Source: an uncultured bacterium (GTDB lineage: Bacteria > Fidelibacterota > UBA2242). From it: DNA of 64,000 bases. Below are positions 38,767 to 49,279 of this stretch, piece by piece. Position 1 is the first letter of the stretch. Each line of letters begins with the position of its first letter. The notes beneath the pieces were generated by a model, which was not told the DNA's origin, ran no database searches, and was given only the letters and a program-made list of their open reading frames with translations. The translations under genes were made by a program, and so were the position numbers. The DNA is taken from NCBI GenBank assembly GCA_964588795.1, contig CAZPQN010000005.1, forward strand, positions 11,109 through 75,108, given 5' to 3'.

Positions 38767-39543
38767 TTACTCCTTCTCTAGAATGAATTCATTGACAATT
38801 TCCGCAATACGGACAAATTCCGGTGCGACAAGGCTTGCGCCCCCAATCAGGAACCCGTCTATATCCGCCGCCCGGATCAGCTCCGTAGCATTGGCGGCTT
38901 TGACGCTCCCACCGTAAAGAATCGTAATAGTTTTCGCCACCGCGTCGCCATATTGCTGACGGATTAGTTCACGTAAAAAGGCGTGTGCTTCCGAAGCTTG
39001 CGTTGGGGTCGCATTGACGCCGGTACCAATCGCCCAGACCGGCTCATAAGCTATAACACAATTACCGATTTGCGTGTCGCTGACCTCAGCAAATGCAGCG
39101 GAATATTGACGGCGCACGACTGCCTCCGTTTGCCCGGCTTGTCGCTCAGCCAGTGTTTCACCCACACAAATAATCGGATGTAATCCCACCGTTAAAGCCG
39201 CATTGACTTTTTGCCGGATCAGATCATCTGCCTCGCCAAAAATGTGGCGCCGTTCAGAGTGTCCCAAAATGACGTGTTGACAGCCAGCCGACACCAACAT
39301 CGCTCCGGAAATTTCACCGGTGAATGCCCCATTTGGCGCAAAATACATGTTCTGCCCGCCAACCGCTATGGCAGTGTTATGGACCAGTACGCTGGTCGTG
39401 GCAAGCGCCGTAAACGGCGGACAGAGAACGATGTTAACCGGATGGATGGCCTGTAAAGCCGGCAGGAGTGAGCGGACAAAATCCTCCGCTTCGCGGTTGT
39501 CCTTGTTCATCTTCCAATTACCGGCGACGATATATTTCCGCAT
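38767..39543 (-). CDS. tpiA: Triosephosphate isomerase
   Basis: AGNWKMN, GHSERR, AYEPVWAIGTG and YGGSV. Confidence 0.96.
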   Translation of the reverse strand: MRKYIVAGNWKMNKDNREAEDFVRSLLPALQAIHPVNIVLCPPFTALATTSVLVHNTAIAVGGQNMYFAPNGAFTGEISGAMLVSAGCQHVILGHSERRHIFGEADDLIRQKVNAALTVGLHPIICVGETLAERQAGQTEAVVRRQYSAAFAEVSDTQIGNCVIAYEPVWAIGTGVNATPTQASEAHAFLRELIRQQYGDAVAKTITILYGGSVKAANATELIRAADIDGFLIGGASLVAPEFVRIAEIVNEFILEKE

Positions 39544-39548
39544 AAGTT

Positions 39549-40745
39549 TTATTTCTTCGAAATCAGGGTGATCGGGATCAGTTCCAACCCGCTTAAAAGT
39601 TCCAGCGAGGCGCCGCCGCCCGTCGAAACATGGGAGACCTTGTCCATCAAACCGGCTTTTTTCATCGCCGAAGCAGAATCACCGCCACCAACCACAGTTG
39701 TGATGCCTTTGGTGGTCACTTCGGCCAATTTGCGGGCAATTGATTCCGTGCCGGCGGCGAACTGTTTGGTCTCAAAAACCCCTACCGGTCCGTTCCATAG
39801 TACAGTCTTGCTCTTCTCGATAATCTCGGTAAACTTAGCCGTAGTTTCCGGCCCGATGTCCACTCCCATTTGATCCGCCGGGATTTTGGCTGCGTCCACG
39901 ATGCAGACGGAAGCGGTTTCGCTGATTTCCGGAGTCACGACCACATCGGTCGGCAGGTAAATATGGCAACCCAGCGATGCGGCTTTCTGCAAAGTCGCCA
40001 ACGCATAATCCACCTTTTCAGCTTCGAGCAACGATTTGCCAATTTCATAACCTCGGGCTTTTAGAAAAGTGTAAGCCATGCCACCGCCAATCAGGATATT
40101 GTCGGCCTTGCCGAGCAAGCGTTCGATGACATCAATCTTGTCACTGACTTTGGCTCCGCCGAAAATCGCGGTAAATGGTTTAGCCGGATTTTCCAAGGTG
40201 TCCTGCAGGTAATGCAATTCTTTTTCTAACAGGTAACCGGCGGCGCGTACCGGGATGAAATCCGTTATTCCGGCCGTGGAGGCATGGGCCCGGTGGCTGG
40301 TGCCGAAGGCGTCGTTGACGTAGATTTCTCCCAGTTCGGCTAACTTGGCGCTGAACTCCTTGTCATTCTTCTCTTCTTCCGGATGGAAGCGCAGGTTTTC
40401 GAGTAACAACACTTCGCCCTCCTGCAGGGATTGCGCCATATTCTTGACCTCGATGCCGATGCAGTCGGGAGCAAAATAAACCTTGTTCTTTAAATACTTC
40501 TGCAGACGTTCCGCGACCGGTTTCAAACTCATTTCCGGCACCGGCTTGCCCTTGGGACGTCCCAAATGCGACATCAGGACCAAGCGCGCCCCATCATCCA
40601 GCAGTTTCTGAATCGTCGGTAGCGCCGCCCGGATACGGAAATCGTCGCGTACCTGCAATTTATCATCCAGCGGAACATTGAAGTCCACCCGCATGATGAC
40701 ACTCTTGCTCTTTACTTTCAAATCATCAACGGTTAATCTGGCCAT
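39549..40745 (-). CDS. pgk: Phosphoglycerate kinase
   Basis: [30 protein letters not shown] and GGGDSA. Confidence 0.96.
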   Translation of the reverse strand: MARLTVDDLKVKSKSVIMRVDFNVPLDDKLQVRDDFRIRAALPTIQKLLDDGARLVLMSHLGRPKGKPVPEMSLKPVAERLQKYLKNKVYFAPDCIGIEVKNMAQSLQEGEVLLLENLRFHPEEEKNDKEFSAKLAELGEIYVNDAFGTSHRAHASTAGITDFIPVRAAGYLLEKELHYLQDTLENPAKPFTAIFGGAKVSDKIDVIERLLGKADNILIGGGMAYTFLKARGYEIGKSLLEAEKVDYALATLQKAASLGCHIYLPTDVVVTPEISETASVCIVDAAKIPADQMGVDIGPETTAKFTEIIEKSKTVLWNGPVGVFETKQFAAGTESIARKLAEVTTKGITTVVGGGDSASAMKKAGLMDKVSHVSTGGGASLELLSGLELIPITLISKK

Positions 40746-40823
40746 ATTGTACCTTTTTATTATCTAAAAACAACTCGGAATTTTAAATTTTCTCATGGAT
40801 TTATCCAAGGAAAATATCATCTA

Positions 40824-41498
40824 TCAAACCGGCGCCGCAGCGGTCAGGGCACACACACGGTGTACCCCGGCGGAACGCAAGGCCTGGGCAGCGGCTGACA
40901 GGGTAGCTCCCGTGGTGAATACATCATCAATTAAAATAATCGTAGTCTCGCCCCGAAAGTTGGTACCAGTCTGCACCATAAAAGCTGACTCCATGTTCCG
41001 TTTACGTTCTGCGGCATTCAACTTGGTTTGGGTGACCGTGTTCTTGCGACGGCAAAGTCCGTGAGTAACGATTGGTACGCCCCAGGCCTGTCGCAAACCT
41101 TCCGCAATCATTTCCGCCTGATTGTACCCGCGTTCGCGACGTTTGATGGGATGGAGTGGCACCGGCAAGAGAACCGTCGTGGTATTGACTAACGTAGCGG
41201 CCTCCAGATGACGGGCCATTTCGAGACCCATCCGGCGTCCAATGGAAGGATTGCCCTGATATTTCAGCGCGTGAACGATAGCCTGAAACAGTTCGTCAAA
41301 CAGGAATACGCTGACGATACTGTCGAGAAATTCGGGAACGGGCTTCTTACGGAACTCTACGGGATCGAATAAAGGCAGTTTATCCCAGCATTGGTCGCAA
41401 ATGACCGCCCGGTTGGAGGGCATACGTCGGTCGCAACTCTTGCACAGCGGCGGAAAAACCAGGTTGCTGATTCCCGTCAACAGATTCGAGAGCCACAT
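40824..41498 (-). CDS. ComF family protein (phosphoribosyltransferase domain)
   Basis: N-terminal Cys pairs CKSCD...CDQC and C-terminal PRTase motif IILIDDVFTTGATL. Confidence 0.85.
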   Translation of the reverse strand: MWLSNLLTGISNLVFPPLCKSCDRRMPSNRAVICDQCWDKLPLFDPVEFRKKPVPEFLDSIVSVFLFDELFQAIVHALKYQGNPSIGRRMGLEMARHLEAATLVNTTTVLLPVPLHPIKRRERGYNQAEMIAEGLRQAWGVPIVTHGLCRRKNTVTQTKLNAAERKRNMESAFMVQTGTNFRGETTIILIDDVFTTGATLSAAAQALRSAGVHRVCALTAAAPV

Positions 41499-41525
41499 TG
41501 TTTGTTTCGGTTTAATTTATTTTTA

Positions 41526-42392
41526 TCAGGATAAAGCCGCCGCGCCGATAATTGCGGCTGATTCACCCAGCGTACTGCGCAGAACCTGTAAATGTCCGCG
41601 CGGTCCGGCGTGGATTTTCCCGAAAAGCTCGGCCTGCATGGTAGCATAGAAATAATCCCAACCCGCGACGACCGATCCGCCGATGACGATGATGTCCGGA
41701 TCAAGAACCATAACCAAAGCGATCAACGCCTGGGCTAAATGTTTACCGAATCGGCGCCAGCATTCCAGCGCGCGTGTATCGCCCTGCGCGGCTAACTGGG
41801 TAATTTCCGTCGGCGAATGCTGTTCCTCAGACAAACCAGCATAGATCTTCATTAAGCCGCGGCCCGAAATGTAATCTTCAAAGACTCCATCCCGGTAAGG
41901 TGTCAGCGCGAATTCAAGGGCCGTACCGGTCGCCCCGTTGAATATTGCTCCTTGATAAACAAATCCTAACCCGAAACCGGTTCCCAGCGTGACCCCCAAA
42001 ACATAAGCGCAGTTCCGGGCGACTCCGGCACGTTGTTCGCCCAGCGTAAAACAATTGGCGTCGTTATTAACCAAAACCGGTTTGGCGGTCAGGTGCTGGA
42101 GACGTGGTCCCAACGGATAATTACGAATCATCGTCAGGTTGGGAGTCTGCAGGATTGTTCCGGTTTTATAATCCAACGGGCCGGGACTGCCAATGCCGAT
42201 CATCTCGACATCCGTCCAGGTCAACTCTTCCCGTTCCAAAAGAGCGCTGATGGCTACCTGCATGCGGCTCACTAAATCGTCAGCATCCCGGCATTCGGCA
42301 ATATAAAAGCGCAGTGGCTCCCCGACCAGCGCGTTATTCGCCACCAGCCCGATACTAACCTTCGTGCCGCCTAAATCAATTCCGATACGCAT
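41526..42392 (-). CDS. ROK-like sugar kinase (ASKHA fold)
   Basis: MRIGIDLGGTKVSIGLV, NDANC and LGTGFGLGFVYQGAIFNG. I could not find the canonical ROK zinc Cys motif (CxCGxxGC). Confidence 0.7.
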   Translation of the reverse strand: MRIGIDLGGTKVSIGLVANNALVGEPLRFYIAECRDADDLVSRMQVAISALLEREELTWTDVEMIGIGSPGPLDYKTGTILQTPNLTMIRNYPLGPRLQHLTAKPVLVNNDANCFTLGEQRAGVARNCAYVLGVTLGTGFGLGFVYQGAIFNGATGTALEFALTPYRDGVFEDYISGRGLMKIYAGLSEEQHSPTEITQLAAQGDTRALECWRRFGKHLAQALIALVMVLDPDIIVIGGSVVAGWDYFYATMQAELFGKIHAGPRGHLQVLRSTLGESAAIIGAAALS

Positions 42393-42417
42393 TGTTCCTC
42401 ACTATTCTGCAAAATCC

Positions 42418-43791
42418 TCACCATTGGATGTTTGGACTACTCGAATTGGGTTCGATCCAGCGTTCCCAGTCAACATCCTGTAATTCGTTGCGGGCGGTCG
42501 AGTGCACCAGTTCGTATTGACCGAATCCGCTTTTATCGACGAAAATGAATTGCACTCCGCCTTCCAGAGCGTGGTAGTGCCAGATCTGATAGGGTTTTCT
42601 TTCCAGAGCGCTTGGGAAACGCTCGATTTCGGACGGCGGCCCGTAAACCAAATAGATCCGCCCAAAATCGCTCTTCCAGCCCCTGATTCGCTGGGTGGAA
42701 AATTGCTGATTGACATAATCCAAGCGGCGTTCGAATTCGATTTGATCTTCATTGACCGGGGTGCGGGGATTTTTATCGCGCTTATCCCAGAAATGCAGGA
42801 TGATTTCCTTTTTACCCGGAACGTCCGATTTCTTGAAGCGCTTGATCTCGACATCGGTGGCAACGTACTTCAATGGTCCGAAAATCTCATCCAGCTCGGT
42901 GGCGCTCTTGCCTTCCAGTTTTAAATCCGCAAGGGCGTTCATTGCGCCCCCGCTAGGAGCGCTTTCCCGCGCAATATAGAACCGTTTACTGGTTATGCTC
43001 TGCTGTTGGGTAGATAGATCAATTACCTGAATACTGAAATTATAGACGCCGGCATTCAAGTCTTTGATATCGATACTCTTGATTTCGACCGCCGAGTTGC
43101 CCGGTTTGCGTTTGGTCAGCCAGTCGAGGGCTTTGACTTCTTTGCCGTTCAGATCGGTGATCGCATATTTGATTTTGTAATCGGAAACTGCCAGCGGATC
43201 ATATTTAAGGTTATAGACCTCAGCAAAGGCATACAGCGCTCCTACCTGATCGCCGAAAATCAGATTAGCATTGGGCACGATATCGTAGCCGAAATATTTG
43301 CTGAATTTATTCTCCTTGGCGGTTTTGGCGACCTGACTGCTGAGTTGGATGTCACTCAGTTTCAAACTCGTTTGTCCGTAATCTGGAAGGGTCAAATCGC
43401 AGGTTTCCTTATATTGCCGCCCGCTGTGCAAATCGGTGATCACGGCAATTATCTGGTAGGCACCGGCTTTGGCCTGCAGGGTAGCAATATCCGGAATTTT
43501 CTGCTGACTGCGGATCTGCAAGGTGTCCGCGATACGATCTACGATTTGCCATTCAAAAATATCAACGACAGTGTCCGACTGGACCAGGGCGACCCGCAGA
43601 TTGGCCCCTGATTCAAAATAATTCTGGACAGGTACAAACTTGAGCATTTTCCGCGGCAACAGCAGATAGACTTCCACGATATTTAAATTCTCACTGCCCC
43701 GGAATACAGCGTAATCCAGGTCGTACTCCGCACTGTTTAAAACGTTGGCGGTCAGCAGACTCAGCAATCCAGTAATAATCAACTTTTTCAT
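42418..43791 (-). CDS. GWxTD domain-containing secreted protein
   Basis: Signal peptide. The C-terminal RIRGWKSDFGRIYLVYGPPSEIERF...YQIWHY matches the GWxTD pattern. Confidence 0.8.
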   Translation of the reverse strand: MKKLIITGLLSLLTANVLNSAEYDLDYAVFRGSENLNIVEVYLLLPRKMLKFVPVQNYFESGANLRVALVQSDTVVDIFEWQIVDRIADTLQIRSQQKIPDIATLQAKAGAYQIIAVITDLHSGRQYKETCDLTLPDYGQTSLKLSDIQLSSQVAKTAKENKFSKYFGYDIVPNANLIFGDQVGALYAFAEVYNLKYDPLAVSDYKIKYAITDLNGKEVKALDWLTKRKPGNSAVEIKSIDIKDLNAGVYNFSIQVIDLSTQQQSITSKRFYIARESAPSGGAMNALADLKLEGKSATELDEIFGPLKYVATDVEIKRFKKSDVPGKKEIILHFWDKRDKNPRTPVNEDQIEFERRLDYVNQQFSTQRIRGWKSDFGRIYLVYGPPSEIERFPSALERKPYQIWHYHALEGGVQFIFVDKSGFGQYELVHSTARNELQDVDWERWIEPNSSSPNIQW

Positions 43792-43794
43792 AAA

Positions 43795-46700
43795 TCACTC
43801 CAATTTTACCGAGACGATTTGCGATATGCCTTTTTCAGCCATAGTGACACCGTAAAGGGCATTAGCGATCGCCATCGTTGATTTATTATGAGTTACGACG
43901 ATAAACTGCGTTTTTTCGGCAAAGGTGCGAATGACATTGGTAAAGCGCCGGGTGTTTTCGTCATCGAGTGGCGCATCCACTTCATCGAGTATGCAAAAGG
44001 GGCTCGGCTTGACCTGGTAGATGGCAAACAGCAGGGCAATCGCGGTGAGAGCTTTTTCACCGGCCGAAAGCATTTTCAGCGAGCGCATTTTCTTGCCGTC
44101 GGGACAGGCCCAGATGTCGATTTCGGCCTCCAGGGGATCCGTTTCTCCGATTAACCGCAGATCCGATTCCCCGCCGCCAAAGAAAATACTGAAGGTCGTT
44201 TTGAAGTTACCACGAATTTTTTCGAAGATCTCCAGAAATTGCTGACGGGCGATGTTATCAATCTGGGTGATGACTTCCTTGAGACCTTTTTCCGAAGCCT
44301 CCAGATCATCGCGCTGTTCAGTCAGAAAACGCAGTCGAGTGTCTTCCTGGTTGTACTCCTCCTTGACTGCCATATTGACCATGCCGATCAACTCCAAATT
44401 ACGGCGATGGCGTTCGACCGCCTGCTGGGTTTCCGCCAAGGACGGCAGTTCGGTAGGTATGACGTCCGGGATAGTACGGTTATATTTCTCATTCAGTACG
44501 GTAATGATTTCTTTTTCTCTGGCGGCAAACTGTGAATTTTCCAGCTCCAAGTTCTTCAGTTCGTCGCTCAAGCGCTCCCTACGGTGCCGCAGGTCGTACA
44601 ATACCTGATTAAGTTTCTCGAGAGAGGTACGCTGAACCTGATACTCGGCTTCCGTCTGCTGATAACGCTGGGTAGCCGCCTGCAGAACCTGGACTGCATT
44701 CTGCAGATCGGCCTCGTTACGCTGAATCTGGATGTTCAATTCCGCCAGAATCGTACGGGTGGATTGCAGCTCGGCTTGCGCGGCAGTCTGACGGTCGGCA
44801 GTGGTTTGCAGGTCGCGCTCGGTAAGGCGCCGGCTGTCGCTCAGGTTCCGGAACTGATTCTCCAGATTAATCAGTTCCACGCGCTCATTCTGTAGCCGTT
44901 GGGCGGTTTCATCCACTGCGCTTTTCAGATTTTCAAGCTCGCTTTTTTTCTGCGCGATCTGTTGATCCAATTGCTCTACCTGGGCGGTCAGATTGACCTG
45001 CGCAGGATTTTCTTTTGTCAGGCGTTCGCGAAAGTTGACCAGGGCGGTGTTCAGGGTTATCTGATTGTCGCGCAGAGTCTGTAAAACGCTGTTGGTTTGC
45101 AGAATCTGTCCTTCGACTCCATGCTGTTTTTCTTCCAGTTGATGATGTGCGGCGGCGAGTTGTTCAGCCTGTTTTTGCAGTTCATCTCCCTGCTGACGGT
45201 GGCGTTCATCTGTTGCGGTCAGTTCTTTCAGACGGGCAGTCAGTTGGGCATGCTGTTTACTAACTTTTTCATATTGCCGCTGAAGGTTCGCAAGGCGTTC
45301 GGCACGTCCGACCAGGATATTGGAATCCGCGGTTTCTGCACCACCGCCCAGAAATCCCTGCGCGTCGCGGTAACGCCCGCGTTCCGTGACAAGGGTGAGC
45401 TGATCAAGGCGATGATCGCCAATCAGTTCATCCAACTTATCGTCCGGACAGCAATAGACATTGCGAAATAGAAAATTCTTGAGTGGTTCCAGCCGTTTGT
45501 CTGATTTGACATAACGCAGGAGCGGCTGGAGTTCCGGGCGATTGACTTTAACCGCTGTTTCATCGAATTGGCCGTCCAAGGGGATGATGGCCACTCGCCC
45601 CCGACCACTACGGGCTAATGTCGCCAGCGCCGCTAAAGCTGCCGGCCGACTGTCGGCCACCAACAGACGCGAAATGTCTTTCAGGATCGCTTCCACCGCT
45701 AAATACCAACTCGCATCCACGGCCAAAAGATCGGAAAGGGCACCCCGGACGCCCGGAAAATCCGACAGGTGGTCCAGCACGTACTGCAGGCCAGGACTGA
45801 AACCCTCCCGGGACTGGATGATGCCGCTGTAAAATTGAATTTGAGTCTGCACGCGATCCATCTCCGCCGTCAATCCGCGCAGTTGGTCCTGTGTGGTTTG
45901 CTTCTGTTCGCCGAGCTGGCGCCGCTGTTCGAGCACCTGCGCGATTTTCCGCTGAAGCTCACTTCGCTGTTTAGCGTATCGGTCATTTTCATCTTGCAGA
46001 GCAACCTGCGCCTCCTGGAGGGCCTGCAGATTGCTTTGCTGTTCTTCGATTTGATACGTAATAGCACTCAGTTCTTTTTCTCTCTGCTGGATATTTTCCT
46101 GCAGGCTGTTATACCGTGCAGAAAACTCGGCCTGTTCGCGTAAATAACGGAAACGCTCGTCCTGCAAAGCCTGCAGGGCGCTTTCCAGCGCTTTGTACCG
46201 CTGTTCCACAGCCAGCTGTGCTTCCGAAATCTGCCTGAACTGTTCACGGCGATCGATTAATACCTGCTGTAAATCTGTTTCTTCGCGACCGAGTTTGGCA
46301 GAACGTTCCCGGTAAACGGTGTTATTTTTCTCCAGCTGGTTTTGTTCCTCCGTCAGCCGGTTGATGGTTTGGGTCAGATTGCGCGTCTGTTCCTGGAAAA
46401 CCCGCGCATCAGTCTCCAGCTGCGCCCGTGCGGCATGCAGATTCTCCAGCACACCACGCTGGTTCTGCAAATCCGCCTCCTTGGCATTCAGGGCTGTCTG
46501 CTGGCTTTGCCAGTCGGCTTCCCTGGCGGTCAACTCCTGACTGATCGTCGTGAGTTCTGCCTGTCTCTGGTTCAGGTTTTCTATCAATGGAGACTGGCGG
46601 TGGCGCAGGTCGGCGACTCTGCAGGTCGCCAGGAGTACTTCCGCCTCAATCAATTTCTGGGTAGTGTCCTGATATTTCTCGTAACGTTGGAATTGCCGCT

Positions 46701-47316
46701 TCAGGTTTTTGACCTTGGCATCAACCTCGCTGATGATGTCATTGAGGCGCAGTAGATCGTCGCGCGTGGCATCCAGCTTGCGGAGCGCGGCCTTGCGCTG
46801 AACACGGTACTTGTTGACACCGGCGGCTTCTTCGAACAAGCGTTTGCGTTCCTCGGGATTTTCGCTCAGGATATCCTCGATCATTTTGAGCTCGATGATC
46901 GAATAGGCATTAGCTCCCATACCGGTATCGATAAACAGGTCGGTGATGTCTTTCAGACGGCAGAGGTTCTTGTTGATGAAATATTCACTTTCGCCGTTGC
47001 GGTACAGCCGCCGCGTGATTTCGATATCCACATAAGCGATCGGCACGCGTCCACTGACATTATGAATGGTAAGCGAAACTTCGGCGAGGTTCAGGGGACG
47101 GCGCGTGGCCGTACCATTGAAGATCACATCGGTGATCCGGTCGGCGCGCAGGATGCTTGATTTTTGTTCGCCAATGACCCAGCGGATGGCATCGACGATG
47201 TTGGTTTTGCCGCAACCGTTGGGGCCCACAATGGAAGTGATACCCTGGCCGAATTCGATTTCGGCGCGTTTGACGAAAGATTTGAACCCGTAAATGGAAA
47301 GTTTAGAGATATACAT
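43795..47316 (-). CDS. smc: Chromosome segregation protein SMC
   Basis: 1173 aa with N-terminal GPNGCGKTNIVDAIRWV, long coiled coils, a hinge, LSAGEKALTAIALLFA and ILDEVDAPLDD. Confidence 0.95.
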   Translation of the reverse strand: MYISKLSIYGFKSFVKRAEIEFGQGITSIVGPNGCGKTNIVDAIRWVIGEQKSSILRADRITDVIFNGTATRRPLNLAEVSLTIHNVSGRVPIAYVDIEITRRLYRNGESEYFINKNLCRLKDITDLFIDTGMGANAYSIIELKMIEDILSENPEERKRLFEEAAGVNKYRVQRKAALRKLDATRDDLLRLNDIISEVDAKVKNLKRQFQRYEKYQDTTQKLIEAEVLLATCRVADLRHRQSPLIENLNQRQAELTTISQELTAREADWQSQQTALNAKEADLQNQRGVLENLHAARAQLETDARVFQEQTRNLTQTINRLTEEQNQLEKNNTVYRERSAKLGREETDLQQVLIDRREQFRQISEAQLAVEQRYKALESALQALQDERFRYLREQAEFSARYNSLQENIQQREKELSAITYQIEEQQSNLQALQEAQVALQDENDRYAKQRSELQRKIAQVLEQRRQLGEQKQTTQDQLRGLTAEMDRVQTQIQFYSGIIQSREGFSPGLQYVLDHLSDFPGVRGALSDLLAVDASWYLAVEAILKDISRLLVADSRPAALAALATLARSGRGRVAIIPLDGQFDETAVKVNRPELQPLLRYVKSDKRLEPLKNFLFRNVYCCPDDKLDELIGDHRLDQLTLVTERGRYRDAQGFLGGGAETADSNILVGRAERLANLQRQYEKVSKQHAQLTARLKELTATDERHRQQGDELQKQAEQLAAAHHQLEEKQHGVEGQILQTNSVLQTLRDNQITLNTALVNFRERLTKENPAQVNLTAQVEQLDQQIAQKKSELENLKSAVDETAQRLQNERVELINLENQFRNLSDSRRLTERDLQTTADRQTAAQAELQSTRTILAELNIQIQRNEADLQNAVQVLQAATQRYQQTEAEYQVQRTSLEKLNQVLYDLRHRRERLSDELKNLELENSQFAAREKEIITVLNEKYNRTIPDVIPTELPSLAETQQAVERHRRNLELIGMVNMAVKEEYNQEDTRLRFLTEQRDDLEASEKGLKEVITQIDNIARQQFLEIFEKIRGNFKTTFSIFFGGGESDLRLIGETDPLEAEIDIWACPDGKKMRSLKMLSAGEKALTAIALLFAIYQVKPSPFCILDEVDAPLDDENTRRFTNVIRTFAEKTQFIVVTHNKSTMAIANALYGVTMAEKGISQIVSVKLE

Positions 47317-47358
47317 CGATTATGCGACTTGCAAAGTACTTCACCGGTAATTTATCCT

Positions 47359-47706
47359 TCAACCCGGCGGCCAACCGAGGCGTCGACCGCCTAAAAGATG
47401 CAGATGCAGGTGCGGCACCTCCTGCCCACTGTCGCGTCCGTTATTGATCACCAACCGGAATCCCGATTGCACCAGACCCTCCTGGCGGGCGATGCTGACC
47501 GCCGCACTCAACAGTCTGCCCAATAACGGTTCATCGGCAGAACTGGTATCGGCCAAATACGCGATATGTTGGCGCGGGATGATCAGGATATGCGTGGGCG
47601 CTTTGGGATGAATATCGCGAAACGCCAGCAGCTCTGCAGATTGAAAAACGAACTCCGTGCCGAATTGCCCGGCGGCAATTTTGCAAAAAATACAGTCCTG
47701 CTCCAT
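47359..47706 (-). CDS. HIT (histidine triad) family protein
   Basis: CIFCKI and VPHLHLHLLGG. Confidence 0.9.
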   Translation of the reverse strand: MEQDCIFCKIAAGQFGTEFVFQSAELLAFRDIHPKAPTHILIIPRQHIAYLADTSSADEPLLGRLLSAAVSIARQEGLVQSGFRLVINNGRDSGQEVPHLHLHLLGGRRLGWPPG

Positions 47707-48435
47707 TCAGACCTCCTGCATGGCAATTAAGGTATAAATCTGGGTCAGCATAACCACCACTGCCAGTTCACTGCGCAGACGCCGCGGAAAGATATTCACC
47801 GGCAAAAAGCCCTCCGTCTTGGTGCTTTCTATTTCAGCGTGACTGAAGCCCCCTTCCGGACCGATCATCAGCGCGATGGACGCGGCTTCGACTAAACTTT
47901 GCGCCACGCGCCAGAGCGGTTGGGATTCGCCGACTTCCGCCACAACCCTGCAGGGTACGGCATGTGTTATTTCCAGCCATTTTTCGAGACGAATGGCGGG
48001 ATGAATCTCCGGCAGGTAGCCCTGACCGGATTGCTTCAGAGCGCTGATCGCCAGCTTCAATAGGCGGGCGTGATTGTACTGTGCTTTCTGGACATGGTGG
48101 GTCATTACCGGGTAAATGTCCGTGACCCCCAGCGCCGTAGCGGCACTGATGACTTCCTCGAAATGTTGCCCTTTTAATAGTCCCACGCCGAGCAGAATAC
48201 GTTTACTCGACAGCCGCGGCAGGACTTGCCGGCCAACAATACTGCCGACGGCGTAATTTTTATCCAGAGTCGTCAGACGGATCGTATATTGCCCGCCTTG
48301 TCCATCAATTACCTGAATTTCATCCCCTGCTTTCTGGCGCAGGACGTGCCCGCAATGATGCCATTCTGCACCGGTCAGGGTGATAGATTCCGGGGTTATG
48401 TTTTCGGGCTGGGTAAAAAAAAGATGAGCGTGCAT
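47707..48435 (-). CDS. rsmE: 16S rRNA (uracil1498-N3)-methyltransferase
   Basis: 242 aa with HHCGHVLRQKAGDEIQVIDG and the C-terminal SPOUT-type MIGPEGGFSHAEI. Confidence 0.88.
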   Translation of the reverse strand: MHAHLFFTQPENITPESITLTGAEWHHCGHVLRQKAGDEIQVIDGQGGQYTIRLTTLDKNYAVGSIVGRQVLPRLSSKRILLGVGLLKGQHFEEVISAATALGVTDIYPVMTHHVQKAQYNHARLLKLAISALKQSGQGYLPEIHPAIRLEKWLEITHAVPCRVVAEVGESQPLWRVAQSLVEAASIALMIGPEGGFSHAEIESTKTEGFLPVNIFPRRLRSELAVVVMLTQIYTLIAMQEV

Positions 48436-49127
48436 TAGTATCTTTTGCTGAATCCGATTTTGAGGAGCAGACCACTATAATTACGCTGACCGTTATAGGG
48501 CAGTTCCACGCCTTCGTTGTACAGGTCGGGATCAGGTTTGTCAATCAATCTGGCAAATTTGATCAGGTCATACCCGACGAAAAGCGAGACCATCATACTG
48601 GGTCCATAGAGGAAATCCACACCGCCCCCCAGACGCAGGCCGGGGGCCCAATGCGTCCGGATATTTTTTAGGCGCTCTTCAAAATCGGGAACGTTCGGGG
48701 GATCCAAGGCCAGCACTGGACCGGCGGCGAGCTCGAGGAAGGGCCGGAAATTATTGGCAATCTGATCCTGAAACAAAATTTGTTTCATCCCGACCTGCAA
48801 AGGCCAGAGCGTCAGGCGGCGCTTGTCAATCCGTTCATAAGTCATCCCGGTATAGTAATCGTAAATGGGAAAATCGTTACTGCCCTTGACCATCAGAAAA
48901 TTCACCTGCCCGGTCAAACGCAGATTCGGTTTCAAGGAATATTCATAGAACAAGCCCAACCCGGAACCGCGATTGGCCTGAAACAGCGCCAAGCCGCCAA
49001 AACGCGGATACTGCTCACTTCGTCGCCCGGGCTTATCACCCGCCCCGTTAGCTGCTGTGCATAAACAGCATAAACCGATGGCCGCGATTTTTTTTATGGT
49101 GGTGTACATCATTGAGACTCGCTTCAA
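48435..49127 (-). CDS. Hypothetical outer-membrane beta-barrel-like protein
   Basis: Signal peptide (AAIGLCCLCTAANGA). Alternating beta-strand pattern with a C-terminus rich in aromatic residues (...LLKIGFSKRY). Confidence 0.5.
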   Translation of the reverse strand: MKRVSMMYTTIKKIAAIGLCCLCTAANGAGDKPGRRSEQYPRFGGLALFQANRGSGLGLFYEYSLKPNLRLTGQVNFLMVKGSNDFPIYDYYTGMTYERIDKRRLTLWPLQVGMKQILFQDQIANNFRPFLELAAGPVLALDPPNVPDFEERLKNIRTHWAPGLRLGGGVDFLYGPSMMVSLFVGYDLIKFARLIDKPDPDLYNEGVELPYNGQRNYSGLLLKIGFSKRY

Positions 49128-49279
49128 TTAACAGCAGGAAATTTACACTTATTGCCGTGATTGCCAAAGAGGAAGTTGGGAGTCAAATTCTCAGCCGGAA
49201 CATCCAAACTCAGCGACCGATTATCGCATTTGGAGTTTGAGCTATCCCAGCCTAAATTTCCCGCAAATCAGGATTGATT

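Noticed and set aside
43795-47316. SMC-family ATPase as part of a defence system (Wadjet/Lamassu-like)
   Set aside because: It has the full-length canonical SMC architecture of 1173 aa with a hinge. No JetA/B/D-like or LmuA/B-like partners are adjacent, and it is embedded among housekeeping genes.
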